DNA of 64,000 nt from Acanthaster planci. Taxonomy: Eukaryota. Location: the NCBI RefSeq assembly GCF_001949145.1, contig NW_019091360.1:3036864-3100863 (forward strand). The letters run 5' to 3'. Position numbers and translations under genes: made by a program. Position 1 is the first letter of the stretch. Each line of letters starts with the position of its first letter. Positions 51,823-64,000 of the stretch are shown here, piece after piece. Under the pieces are notes generated by a model that saw only the letters and a list, made by a program, of their open reading frames with translations, did not search any database and was not told the DNA's origin.

Positions 51823-54725
51823 TTATTGGACGACCGTGAACAGCCGTGGGTTGCTTGGCATCATGGATCGGTGCTGTGACCCCGCTGCGGTGCTGGGGAT
51901 GTCGCCTTCCTCAACCTGAGCGGTGGATCGGAACCGAACAGCGAACAGTTTGGGGAAATAAACGAAAAAAATGGTGAGGAATGAATTGGCTAGAACGGCC
52001 ACCGACAAGACGGCTATCTTCTGCCGGGCCTCTGAGGCCGTGGTGTAAACCGGCACGGCGGCAAGGCACAAGACGAGCGTGGAGTACACGCTGACGCCGA
52101 TGAATTTGGACTCGTTGTAGTTGTCCGGAACTTTCCGGGCCCGGAAAGCGAAGTAGCAACACAGCAGAACGATGAGGAGGTTGTAGCCACAGAAGCCCGG
52201 GAATGCCCCACTGAACAAGCAGTACAGCTCGATGTGATCGCTGGGTGGAGAGGTGTACAGGAGGGCTGGCTGGGCTGAGTCTATGACACCGACAATGAAC
52301 ACGGCGATGAGCTGAGATCACCAAAGAAAAACAGACGGTAGTATAGTCAATACCAGTCATTGTCAAAAACTATAGCAAAGCGGGTCCTTCACTGATTCTT
52401 CAGTGAAAAGCCTACATTGAACGAGTAGGGACGCAAAATGTTACACACACAGCTCGAGATAGGGTTACTATGCTTGTCAAAGTATTACATTTGTCTGCAA
52501 AACGGCTATGGACTCAAATCTAGGGTTCAATGCCATGACACTGCTTAACAGCCTGTAGAAACGCCATGCTAATTCCACCTAAAATCCCTTTAATGAGTGT
52601 AAAATTGGGTTACAGAGCTTAGTGTAGGCAATAACGTGCTTACCTGAATCAGGATCAGTATAGCTGCAGTGGCAACAAGCTGGGCTGGTCCGATGAATCG
52701 CGGAGGCCTTACCATCCTCCTTCCAGCTCTGAAGATCCGGTAGATCCGGTTGACCTTGAGCAACGTGGGTGCATATGTTGTGGTGAAACACACAGAGATC
52801 AGAGCTTCGGACGCTGCGCACGTCAGTCTCGTTGGTGGTTGCAGAAGTGGGATAATAGCCAGGAAGGCCGTCGTCAGGCCAAGGAGGTTGATGCCGCTTA
52901 GCTCCCTACTTGTAGCCTTCACCAGCCGGCTCTGGCGATAATACACCATACCCACCATCGTGAGGCATGACAGAATGATTCCCAAACAGGTCAGAATGAA
53001 GATACCTGTGATAAGCGGATCTGTGAGGTTCACGGTCAATGGCCTGATGGGAACACAGGCATCATATGCATCATTCGGCCAATGGGTCTTCGGGCACGCT
53101 ACACACTCATCCCCGTTCTTAACGATCGCGTTGTCGTCACATCTCTGGCACCCCCAACAGCACTTCTGTTCCAGGGGAACAACTATGTATCCTACTGAAC
53201 ATTCTTGGCGACAAAGTGACCGGGGAATCTCAGGATTCTGCGACATCCATCCAAGCCATTGGATCCTCTCACGGTCCACCTCAAGTCTATTGTGCTTCTT
53301 CCTAGAGTCCCACTTGCCGATGTCTTCGAAGCTGTATCTCCCATCGTTGTACTGAAGGTTTTTCAAGATATACACTCCATCAGGGTCTCCGTTTTGGTTC
53401 AAGTGTAACGGCCCCGCAGTTCCCGTGAAGTTGACGTGCAGCAGGTGTTTTCGTAAATCTTCCCCTTTAATTTGGGCCCGGGTCAGGGAGCAGTTCCACG
53501 CGTTTCTCGATGGAGGGCAAGCCTCCATCAGCAATGAGTGGAGACCGTGAGCAAATACATTCACGGCGTCTATCGGACCTGCGACGTTATACTCAGCAGA
53601 GAAGCCGTCAGGCAGAGGATCAGCACAGACCTCCATGGGGAGTGTCTCCGAGCAGTTAGAAGCAAGCCTCTTCCTCCAGTACCGAGTGAACCACTTCCCA
53701 GCGGCCTTCGCTTGTCTCGGATCAACTGAGTTGAGGTACTCTTCGAAGGCTGGCTGCCTGGGATTGTTCAGTCGGACGAAGATACCCCCAGCCACGAGCT
53801 GCTCTTGGTTGTAGTCTGCCAGTGAGTAACCCCATCCGTCACTAGCAATCCAAGTTAGCTTGTACGGGAAAGCCGTCTTTGATACCTGCTTCAGGAACTT
53901 GTAGGGCAGTGCCCCGGCCGCGAAGACAACCACGACCCGGACGGAACTCAGTCCCTTCAGCGTCAGCACGATTTCTTCCATATCCCGCTCGGCGTCCAGT
54001 TCAGACAGCGGAGCGGACATGGCTACACAGATCCCGCCTTCCTCGGCCTGTGTGATCAGTTGCCGGGCGCCATGGAGACCGTAGCTGTCCACCGTGTAGA
54101 TGACAGCGATGTAGTGCCAGCTGAAGTGCAACAAGAGGTCCACGATAGCGCCGGCCTGCAGCTGATCCGGCGGCACGGTGCGGAGAAAGTACGGGAAGCG
54201 AGCCTTGTTGGAAAGCTCATTACTGGTGGCCCAGTGGGATATCACTGGGAGCTTATAAGGTTGGGTGATTTTACTGACAATGACGCTAGTTGCACTAGAA
54301 TCGGGTCCAACTATACCGACCACCTTGTCTACTGGCGACTTCAATCCGATATCGCAGGATGAATCGTTTACAAACGACAAAGCCACACTCACGGCTATGT
54401 CTTCCTTCCATCCAGAATCCCAGATCTCGAATCCTAGTGAGATGTTTGGGAGGAGGTCATCTCTCTTGTTGACCTGGCCAATGGCAAAGGCCATGGCCTC
54501 CGGTAAAAGCATGCCCAACGAAATCTCGTCATCGGTGAAGTCACACGAGAACTCAGAGCTGCGGGCAACCGTGAACATGCCCCCAAGAACAAGGTCTCCC
54601 GGTTGGCGGTAGACGTCGCACTGATTGTTGGGTAAGGAGAACTCATTCACGCAAGCTACCAGACCAAACACGAACGCAAAGTTGCACCAAACTACGATGG
54701 AAATGCGACCAAGCTTTGGACCCAT
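51823..54725 (-). CDS. Class C GPCR, metabotropic glutamate receptor-like (about 856 aa), 2 coding exons
   Basis: Exons 54725-52644 (GTAAGC donor) and 52311-51823 (CAG acceptor), phase 0. Signal peptide; Venus flytrap domain (GDLVLGGMF, LLPNISLG, VGPDSS, FLRTVPPD, WIASDGW); Cys-rich domain (SLCRQEC, KCCWGCQRC); 7TM region (VKATSRELS, LLKVNRIYRIF, RKVPDNYNESKFI, YFPKLF). Confidence 0.96.
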
Positions 54726-54995
54726 TCTTTTTTACTTGCACGGAAGTAAAAACACACCAGGATGTTAAATGGCGCGTAATGATTTCATCCCGACACCCGA
54801 ACAGGCACCAAATCGCGTAGAAGTTTAATTCCGAGGCAACTGCAGACGGGCAAGTATACGTTTGCGTCTACACAGTGTCAGTCACCTCTTGTTGCTTCAG
54901 TCCAGTCATGACCTTCCCTGTAACCCAAAAAATTGCTAAATTAATAAATGAAATACCTACGAAAGGCACTAAGATGGAGCGAAGAAAGGAAAGAA

Positions 54996-55167
54996 CATGG
55001 GTGATTCACAATAGTGCGCCTGCAAAAGTTTGCAACGCAGTGTGCAATCATAATTAGCTAAATCTGGCGACCCAATGCGTGTTTGGAAAGGATCGACAGA
55101 TTTCGCGCATTGTGATTGGCCAACTCGTTGCAAACCCTTGGAGGCGCACTGTTTTGAATCGCTTGTA
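54996..55167. mobile_element. Palindromic MITE, copy C, about 270 bp upstream of the GPCR ATG
   Basis: Same family as copies A and B, with unrelated flanks. Confidence 0.8.
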
Positions 55168-56427
55168 TTGTTTTACACAATCGCATTGTTACCTGTAAGT
55201 AAGCCAGACATCTCGTCTTGTCAACATCCCTTACACATTGTATTTTCTTAGAAAATACAATTTAATAATAATTATTACCAAGTGAAAGTTGAAAATCCTG
55301 AGCAAGTTTTCAAAGTTAAAGTAATTAATTGAAAAAAAATAGAAGTTTGCACACCTCCACAATTTTATTGTGGAAATTTAGGACCGGAACCGATACAGGT
55401 TTGATTCGTTCTTAATCTCCTGATGTTAAGAATGCATTGCATTTTCCGAAACAGATATTTTAATTTAGCCACTCCAGAAATATGGGGTCCGACGCGTGTC
55501 ATTTTTCTGCCCCTGTTACACCTGACCTAGAGTAAAATGGAAGGGGTATATCATTGAAATTGACTTCAAACTGTTTAGATTTGCTTGACATTAGTTAATC
55601 ACTCTTGGAAATCGACAAATGTGTTATACATTTACAAAACCATACGCCAGATGTAACGGGATATATAATGGATCCCGAATTTAAAGAACTGGTAATGGTA
55701 TTTAAATTTATACAAACATATTTGTAAATTCCACGTACAAAATTTGGCGCTATATTTGCAAGCATAGTCTCACTCGGAGCTTTTTCGCGATGTGTGTTCA
55801 TCATTTTAAATAAATTAAGGAGCCTGTCCATCTGTAGGCCTACGTTTTGATGGTGCGTTGCCTACACGATGCGTTCATGCGTTTCACTTTCGCTGACACA
55901 AAAATCGACTCCGTTAACGTAACACAACATATGTGTGCGTTGCACTCGGCGATCCAAATCGCCAGTAGAGCGATTTCGACGAATACGCACCGCTTACCGC
56001 AAGTGCTGACGTGCATATTGAAAAGCGCCTTTGTGCGTCTTATAAACCGTCGGTCGAGCACAGGACGGAATTTTTTGTTTATTGTGTAATCAAGCAAAGT
56101 TGGTTGGGATTTAGGCCTAATGGTTCCAGCATGCTGGCATTGCAATTACAAATACATTCAGACGAATAATCGAAATAAGTTTATAGAATCAATTAAGTGA
56201 ACAGTATATTTGTTAGAGTAACAATCTAAACATCGAGAAAGAATGTACTGTTTTGTTCTTCATATTTAATCAGAACATTTCATTCTAAATCGAAAATGTC
56301 TTTTCATGATCGAAAAATATGGGAGGTACTTTTTTACATGATCGAAAAATATGGGAAGTAGCCTAAATGAGGTTTTATCAACACACGTCTGAGGGGAAGA
56401 CGTTGGCTGTCAGTTACCTGCGGAATA

Positions 56428-56528
<101 letters not shown>

Positions 56529-59500
56529 GGTCGGGATGGCTGTCTGTCGGAAAACATACCATGGTGGAAAATAAATAATTCGAACTAAATTCTCAAATTA
56601 ATCTAAATTAAACGAAATCTAAAATAATAGTAACAATTTCTTTTGAGGCGCCCTCTGCATAAACCTGTGTCAGGATGTTGTACAATCCCACAAAATGTCG
56701 AAAATGTTTAACAAAGAAAAAGGTATGGGGTCTTTCGATTATTCATGCGGAAAAGACCAAAAATACGTTTTAAAAGAAAAACAAAACGCCTTGTAGGAAG
56801 CAGCAGCCTTTACAATGAAAGATTGTTCCAAAGCCTGGAAGCACTGGTCTGGAACACCCTGTTACTGCAATGCTACGTGCCCGCAATAGGCTGATACAAA
56901 GTCCCATTCCCGTAAGCATTTGAGCGAAGACGGCCAAAATTACGAACACGCTATTCTGAATATGAGGGAGCCATGTGTACATCCATGTACCATGCATGTA
57001 CACAGTTCTTTCGGGGGATCATAGCTAGGCACTGCCAAGTATGTCGAGCCCCCCCTCTTACCCAGTCACCGACCGTGGTGATAGTAAATGATGCAGTCCG
57101 GTGGAATTGGATAGTTCCCACGTCTCAATACGACACTGTTAATGGTACGAAACCCCAGTATCCGAAAAGATGTGCTGGCTCGGAAGGACCAACTCCAAGC
57201 AGCGTAGACAGAATTATAGCGTGACCAGCATACCTCATGTTTATCGGAAATAAGTAGACACACCACGCAGTACAAAAGTCGCCTCCGGGTAAAATAAGAA
57301 GCCCACTACATGTGTACGAACGACACAGTATACAAATGTTTATTTCTTGACGAAAGTCCCGAAAACACTCACCAAACGAAGACAAAGATGGTCAGCGATT
57401 CAGCACAATATGTCAATTTACTCCAATACTTCAGTTTAAAATAAGAAAGTCAAAGATGTCAAACCAAAAGTAAGATTTAAAGGTATGAAAATTATCCAAC
57501 GACACAGAATCAAATTACATCGCAGCCATCGAAACGGCGCTCTAGTCATGCTCACAAACCCGAGAGCAAACGATTTGGCTATGTACAACAATTAATGCGT
57601 AGACAGTTTCTCCGCAATGATGCCGAATCACCATGGCATAGCCATTGACGGTCCCTCGTCGAATGTTAAAAATCGGTATGTTTAATTATTCATTAACACA
57701 TGGTCACCATCTATTTTGGTTCACGATGGCGCGAACGACAGAGCGCACTGCCGTATAATTCGAATTGAATTGAGAAGCCGCCCTCGAGCTTCGAGGTAAT
57801 GGAACTGAGTGTGATAATGGACTTGAATGTCAACTGGAGACAATACACTCACTGACATTGGCAAAGGACTTCTCTCTAATGTTAGGGCTACAGCAACGCA
57901 GTAACCTCACAGCGTGAGACCCAAACCATTGGATGATCGGGGGGAGAGGGGGCAATTTTCCCTCCCTACCCTCCAAAAAGAGAGAAGCAATTTACAAGAA
58001 ACGTACAAGGTCTGGGGACTATTTCATGTGACTTTTTTTCCAAAAATTGTGTACAAAGCTCACAAACTGCTTGCTGGCTACGGTGACCAACCAAAAGCGT
58101 CAGAGAGCCTGCCGTTTCGACCCTAACAGAAAGTTTTTAAAAGGCAACAGATGTAAAGCCTTCTCCACCCCAAAACAATTCTGCCCCCCACTGAAGATTT
58201 TCTTTTGGAACTACACTTAATTCCCCCTTAGTAACTGAAGCAACATTCTTTCTTTCTTAGTTTGAGCTCTTATTTTTTCTCGTCTAATCGTGATCGCTTG
58301 GTCCTACTTTTTTACCTTTTGCACATGAGTCAACCCAGTGTATCGGTTGACGATGTATCAAAATTATGAATACCATGAAGCAGATAATTTTAGAAGTAAG
58401 AGGATTGGAAAGGCATGCCTTTTGAGCCAAAACACGTTTTCTTGCTGTTTCATACAAGTGTTGCATTGTACAGTGGAGGAAAATAGTGAGTGGACAAGGT
58501 AAAAGAAATTAAATCACTTCAATTACAAGAAAAGTGGCTGAGGCCAACTTTTTCAATATATCAGATCACTGTTCCTCTTCGCATGATCATTGTATGTGAG
58601 CACCGACATCACGTTCCCAAGAACATTTTTACTGCAACAAACACAATACTTGACTTTTTGGAATGCAATTTCGTCGCACAAATGTGAATATTTACAAAGA
58701 CACACAGACAACAGGCTGACAGGTTAAGGATCGTCCGCCACTTTAGCGAAGTCTCGATTGAGTCAATTTTCGAAAGTAAAATGTTTTAATGAGAATATAA
58801 TGGTTGAAAATTACTCACCGTAATTGAGAGAAACAGTTGTTTGAAGCGTTCACCGCAACTTCCCCGCTAGAGTAAAATTTCAAAACGTGGAGTTTAATAC
58901 AAAGTCTCCGTTTAACAAAACATAAGTCAGCATGACACTCCTTTGCACGGCAGCGCTCTGTCTGCCTCTAATCTCCAAAGTAACAGCAGACTGTCAAAGT
59001 AATCTCTGATAGATCTTGTGATATTACAAAAAAAAATAAAGGAGCACTGGGCGATAGGGTTAAGGAGGCGCATGCGCATAAGCCACACACTGGTTGTAGG
59101 TTTTTGAGCTCTCTGTCAGTAGCCAAAGTAACAGTGATGATAATAAATAAATGTGAAATTCAATGCTGCGTGTTTGTCCGAATATCAATGATTGGTGGAG
59201 GAAAGATTATTGGATCTTTGAAATTCGCTGGAAATTAAGGTTGGTCGAAACAAAGCGAATTTTGGCAAGATATTTTGGGTCGTATTGGATGGACATAAAG
59301 TGAGGGTTTTTTCTTATTAGTCCGATGAATATATGGACATTTGGTTAACACGTGGCTGAAAATTTGAACTCCACGAGCAAGCTTGAAATTCTAAAGGTAA
59401 GACTAAGTAACAATTGAGACAAGCACTAGGAAAACAATTGAGAAGGGTCTTGGAAATGCGGTTAATTTAAACTCCTTCCAGTATTTGTTTTACCGTCTTA

Positions 59501-62500
59501 AATTCTGTTTGGCCTTCTTTTTGTTATTTTGACTAACATGCTTTCCACAGCTGTGGTGTCATCCTGGGAAGAACAATTTAATGTTACATTGGTTTGTTGC
59601 GTAAACGATACCGTTGAATTAATTTTTTATTTGCAAGCTACCCTTTCTTAAAGATGTTTTCAATGAGTACATTGTGGATTCGCAATTCCAACATTTACTG
59701 GACAACGTCTTCCCCTGCCTTTATGACAGCAGTAGCCCCCTCATTTGTCCAGGAAAGAAAGCCTTATAAGGTATATTGAATATTTGCAAAAGAAATTTTT
59801 AAATACATTATTTTAAATACATTAGGAATATAAAATAATATTTGTACGCTGAAGAAGAGTGTAGGCTACAGTTGCCGAAAAATTGTCAAAGAAAAATTCA
59901 TTACTGTTAAATTTAAGCTTCCCCGGTGACAGTTAAACTGGTGAAAACCTGGTATTTGGAGAAAGAGTGTCCTTGGGGGTCATTTAGTCCCCATGACAAC
60001 GCCAGCCATCAAGTAATGCCGAAAACATTCACGCCACTTACCAATTTGTCTTCATTTCTTCGAGAAATCCATGGCTACTGCGATTGTTTTTTCAAGTGAC
60101 GTCATCGTTATAAGAGCAGTGGAGCGACAATATTTGAATGTTATGCCATTTCGTTTCCAGGGAAAGACATCCCATTGTCTTCAAACCCCTCTTTCAGTTT
60201 GCTTTGTCCTTCACGCATTCAACTGTTCCCTTTTCCGCGAATAACAAAAAAGTCATAAAAATCTCTCAGGAGTCTGAAACTTTATCCTTCCTAAAAGAAC
60301 TGGACAAATTTTTGTTTCTTCCGTCTGTGTATTTCTTTTTGTGTAGAAAAACAGATTTCGCGGCAGGACTTTTGTTAAAACATAACACCCACGTTCTGAA
60401 AAGACAGCGCATTGCTTGCAGTCAGTCCACAGACCTTTGGTTGCAATCCAGTCAATCGGCTGCCGCGGACAACGGTGATAAATAAATAAATCAGGCAAAA
60501 TAGTCTCAGGTTCCTCTACAAGTCTTCAAGGAACACATCCAATTAAAGCTCATATCCTCATCCTCAATTTTCTTGTCCATTTCTACAACGGCTAAAGCGA
60601 TGACTTTTGAGGATATTTCTATCCAAAGATAACCTCCCCAAGTTGAGAAGCATATCGCAATTTTGATTTCAATATTGATGTATATCAGTGATATTAAACG
60701 AATCGTTTTGGATTCAATTGCGATTTCAATCGCTGATTTAAATCAAGATGGTATAAACCGGCTAGCCCTTATGTAAATCGTTGTTTGGCAGGCAATTTGG
60801 GGCCTATTTACTGCCCCGAAATCCTTGTTCTGTGACCGTGTCTCTGACTAGATCAAAGAAGTTGCAGCTTGGTGGGAAGATAGCCAATTGGGCTCGTGCA
60901 CGCGCACTGCGCACCGCACACCCGCGCAAACCATAATATTCAACAGCCTATCTATACAGAATGAAACATTGGCAACAGCTTCCCAAATCAAACCACTTGC
61001 TTGTTGCTATCAGAAATTCATTGACCTCTTTTATTTTTCATGGTTTTACGAATGCTTGCCTTATTCCGAGGATAGCGCCACCTTGTGCTTGAGTTCATTC
61101 GGGTGTAAAACATTGTGGGGACTAAATGTAAACTTTACCCTATCTCTTTAAATATTGATGATCATGATTTGGTTACACACTGTTCAGACTTGCCCATCAG
61201 AGTCCCGCCGAACCAAACAGTGTATCAGAAGCAGTCTGGGTCAATCGAAACATTGCTTTTTAACAAGTGTAGTTAATTAATAAAAGCGATTCACTATAAG
61301 ATGCGCCGGGGCCCATCAAGAGAATGCCACGGGAAAGGCCGCTTTTCGAAGTGCATTGAAGGGAATGGTCGACAAATTCTATCTGCCGCCTGCACTCGAG
61401 GAACTTGATTTATTCGTGATACTTGTTTGGCAGGGCAGAAGATTTCAGGTATTTCGAGAGGCAGTTTTATTCTTTTTTTTCGTCCTATTGCTTGTATGAT
61501 ATTCTCATCTGTCAAAAATGTCCTCGGCACTAGTTGATGTTTTGCGCATGTGCGTCAGACCAGTCTCATTTCATAATCACGGCTTTGTCGCCGTATGAGG
61601 CTTCATCTCCGACGCACAAACCACTCAGAGTTGGTAAACTTGGTCATATTTGCCGTAATATTCACAATTACATACGCTTAGCTGGACACTTACCAAGTGG
61701 AATGGCTGTGATTAAATATTTCAGATGTGCTGAATCAAAATACATTATCTAAAATAACCATCTTGCCAATGATCTGTGAATCTTTAAGCTCCTCAAAGGG
61801 ACAACGTACAATGTAGTTCAGCTACTCTTTTCCATGCATTACTGCTCCGGACACATTTTTGCTCCACTGCCTAATGGGTAATTTTCAGATCAGTGAATCT
61901 CTTGAATATTACGTATGGATGTGATAATTAATGGGTGCAGTTTCATTATTAGCCTCCGATTATGTCTTCTGATTTTGGCACTCCTGTCATTGAAAAGTTA
62001 ATTGACGATTGTGACAGCATTATTGTTGATTGGCAGTTGACATATCTACAGTGTGGTCCCTGAGTAGAATTGGCTCATTTCCTCAATGACGTCTTTGACA
62101 TTTTGCAGCTATATCTGTGGCATTGCAGTACATTGTAGTAGCAGCATTCTATTCCCATCGCGGCTAGCCCTCCCATTCAGCCAAACACCGAACAAATAAC
62201 ATGGAGCACCATTTACTTCAAGGTTTTCATTTCAAATTTCAATTTCAGTCTGTGCAACTACTTTCCTTGGTCATGGGTGGTCCCAAATGATGACATGATG
62301 TGTGTCGCTGACGCCAGCCTCAATGTCACATGCAGCCATACGTGCACATCAGTACTATCCGAAGCATGAGAAGCGTTACTCTTGAAAAAGTTGTGCAATC
62401 GAGTGAAAAACCTGACCCTAAAAAGACTGAGGCTCTTATGAAACCACTCAAAAGAGTGAAGTTTCCTCTCTGCCAAGGAACCATATGCAGGACAACTAAA

Positions 62501-64000
62501 AAAACCCAGCATATCCTTTATCAGTTTAAACAATGAGGCACCTCTGGTTTCGGCCGGAAGCAGCGGTCGCCTGAATTCCGTAAACGACAAAAGATCAAGA
62601 CGTGGACCTAAATGTATATCACTTGCCGCATAGAGCAATATGAGGTACTTTACAGTTGATTTAATACGGATTTTTAAAAACATTTTTAAACATTAAGCGT
62701 TAAATCACACATTTTAATTGCTTGTAATTGACACCTGATGAAGTCATAATGACGTCATACTTTGGGATCAGGGTTGATGTTCATACCAATTAAAGGTTCA
62801 AGTTCGCGGCCTTGTAGCATGTAGAAAAAATGGTCCGGAAAATTATTGTCTGAAAAAGAGGAGAAGAAAGACGGAATCGAACGATTTCAAAACGGTGAAT
62901 CGGTTGAGCCCAAACGCCTACAAAATGACCTGTCCGTGGTATCCTCTTGGTGGCGCACTGTATTGTGAATCTCCACTATTCAAGCCTTACAGCATATATA
63001 CTGGCGACCCACCCCCACACACAGACAACTCGTTTCTTGCTCCTTTCTCGCTTCAGTTTGTGTGAGCATATGCCCATGAAATAAACATGAAAGCTGGCAA
63101 GCAAAACTAAGGCTATATTGATGAAAAAATCACGTATCGTACAGAAAAGGAGAAATAACCAAGGGTATAGGCTATAAAATGTTGTAAAGCTCTTGAGTGC
63201 TTCCAATGTGACGAGGCCCCCAGCGAGTTATGTCAGTCATTTTCACACTGTGGAACAGAATTTCAATGAATATCGCAGTCACATCATTCACAGGGCCTGC
63301 ATTCCTTAATGTATGTTATGATAAGGCCACCGCGATGGTTGTGGAATTCTTTAGGTCACATTTCCTAATCACCACACTTTGGCACAAATTGCCTTGAGCT
63401 GAGATCGTGAAAAGAGCGACGTCAAAAACCAATTTAAAGCCTTTTCAGAGTTGTTCCGAATGACTGCAACCGTCACTCTTTCGACGTTCTGCACGGGTTG
63501 TCACCCTGAATCGTCTTCGTGCTTCAGCGCGACTGTTGAATACCGGTCTGAAACGAGACCAGTGAGTGTCCTTAATAGTCATCTTCTGATAGGCCTCGTC
63601 AACCCACCTTGATGGATGCATATGGGGTGTAAATCGCGGGAGAATCGGCGGTATTTATTCCCACGTTTTGACCGGAGGGGAAAGCTTAAGGGCTCTTGGA
63701 TCACCCCCACTTTTTCGTGGTGAGAAAACAAGGCTAATTTTGAGGTATTTATCGACCTTCCAAAGAAACAAAAAGTATACAGTAGCATTTCAGCAGTACT
63801 GAAAAAGGGAGGGGTGCAAATTTATTGAAGCTTTCTTCAGTCCGCTGTTTGGATTTGGTATCCAGCTCCTCCTCCCCCCCCCCCGCAGCTTTCAGTCGAA
63901 TTTCTACGGCTGGGCAATATCTTCATTTCAACCATCCCAATTCCCCAAGTTCCAATCGCAGAACTGTTGTACAGCAACTGATAGCTACGTCAGTACAAAT

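Noticed and set aside
59840..59905. Possible hammerhead ribozyme (CTGAAGA...GGC-loop-GCC GAAA)
   Set aside because: Extra bases between the core and stem II, and stems I and III do not pair convincingly; at best a decayed Penelope-type remnant.
62258..62683. ORFs with a Gypsy-like KPDPKKTEAL motif
   Set aside because: One short motif with no other RT/RNase H motifs recognisable.
62733..62760. CTGATGA followed by a GTCA/TGAC hairpin (hammerhead-like)
   Set aside because: The required GAAA does not follow the hairpin.

Overview
Eukaryotic (animal) genomic DNA: AT-rich, intron-rich and dense in repeats, with assembly gaps at 17084-17095, 18974 and 20546-20613. The repeat style suggests a marine invertebrate deuterostome such as an echinoderm, but this is inference only. 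Four genes were built by hand from GT-AG splice sites. (1) A complete 13-exon phenylalanine-4-hydroxylase (PAH) on the minus strand, 43627..20063, 450 aa, with the same intron phases as human PAH. (2) The promoter, exon 1 (7582..7514) and intron 1 of a second, tandem PAH-like paralog about 36 kb away, which runs off the left edge. Its promoter has been stretched by several nested transposon insertions, and its intron 1 holds a decayed BEL/Pao LTR retrotransposon. (3) A 3-exon FAM167/AARD-like coiled-coil gene on the plus strand, 46337..50134, head-to-head with PAH. (4) A 2-exon class C (mGluR-like) GPCR on the minus strand, 54725..51823, which keeps the amino-acid-backbone-binding residues but lacks the glutamate-specific Arg/Lys. 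Also present: a Penelope-like RT fragment, a probable Merlin remnant, several MITEs (some with filled/empty sites visible between the two PAH copies), minisatellites, and a gap-bounded duplication of the last PAH exon that is probably an assembly artefact.
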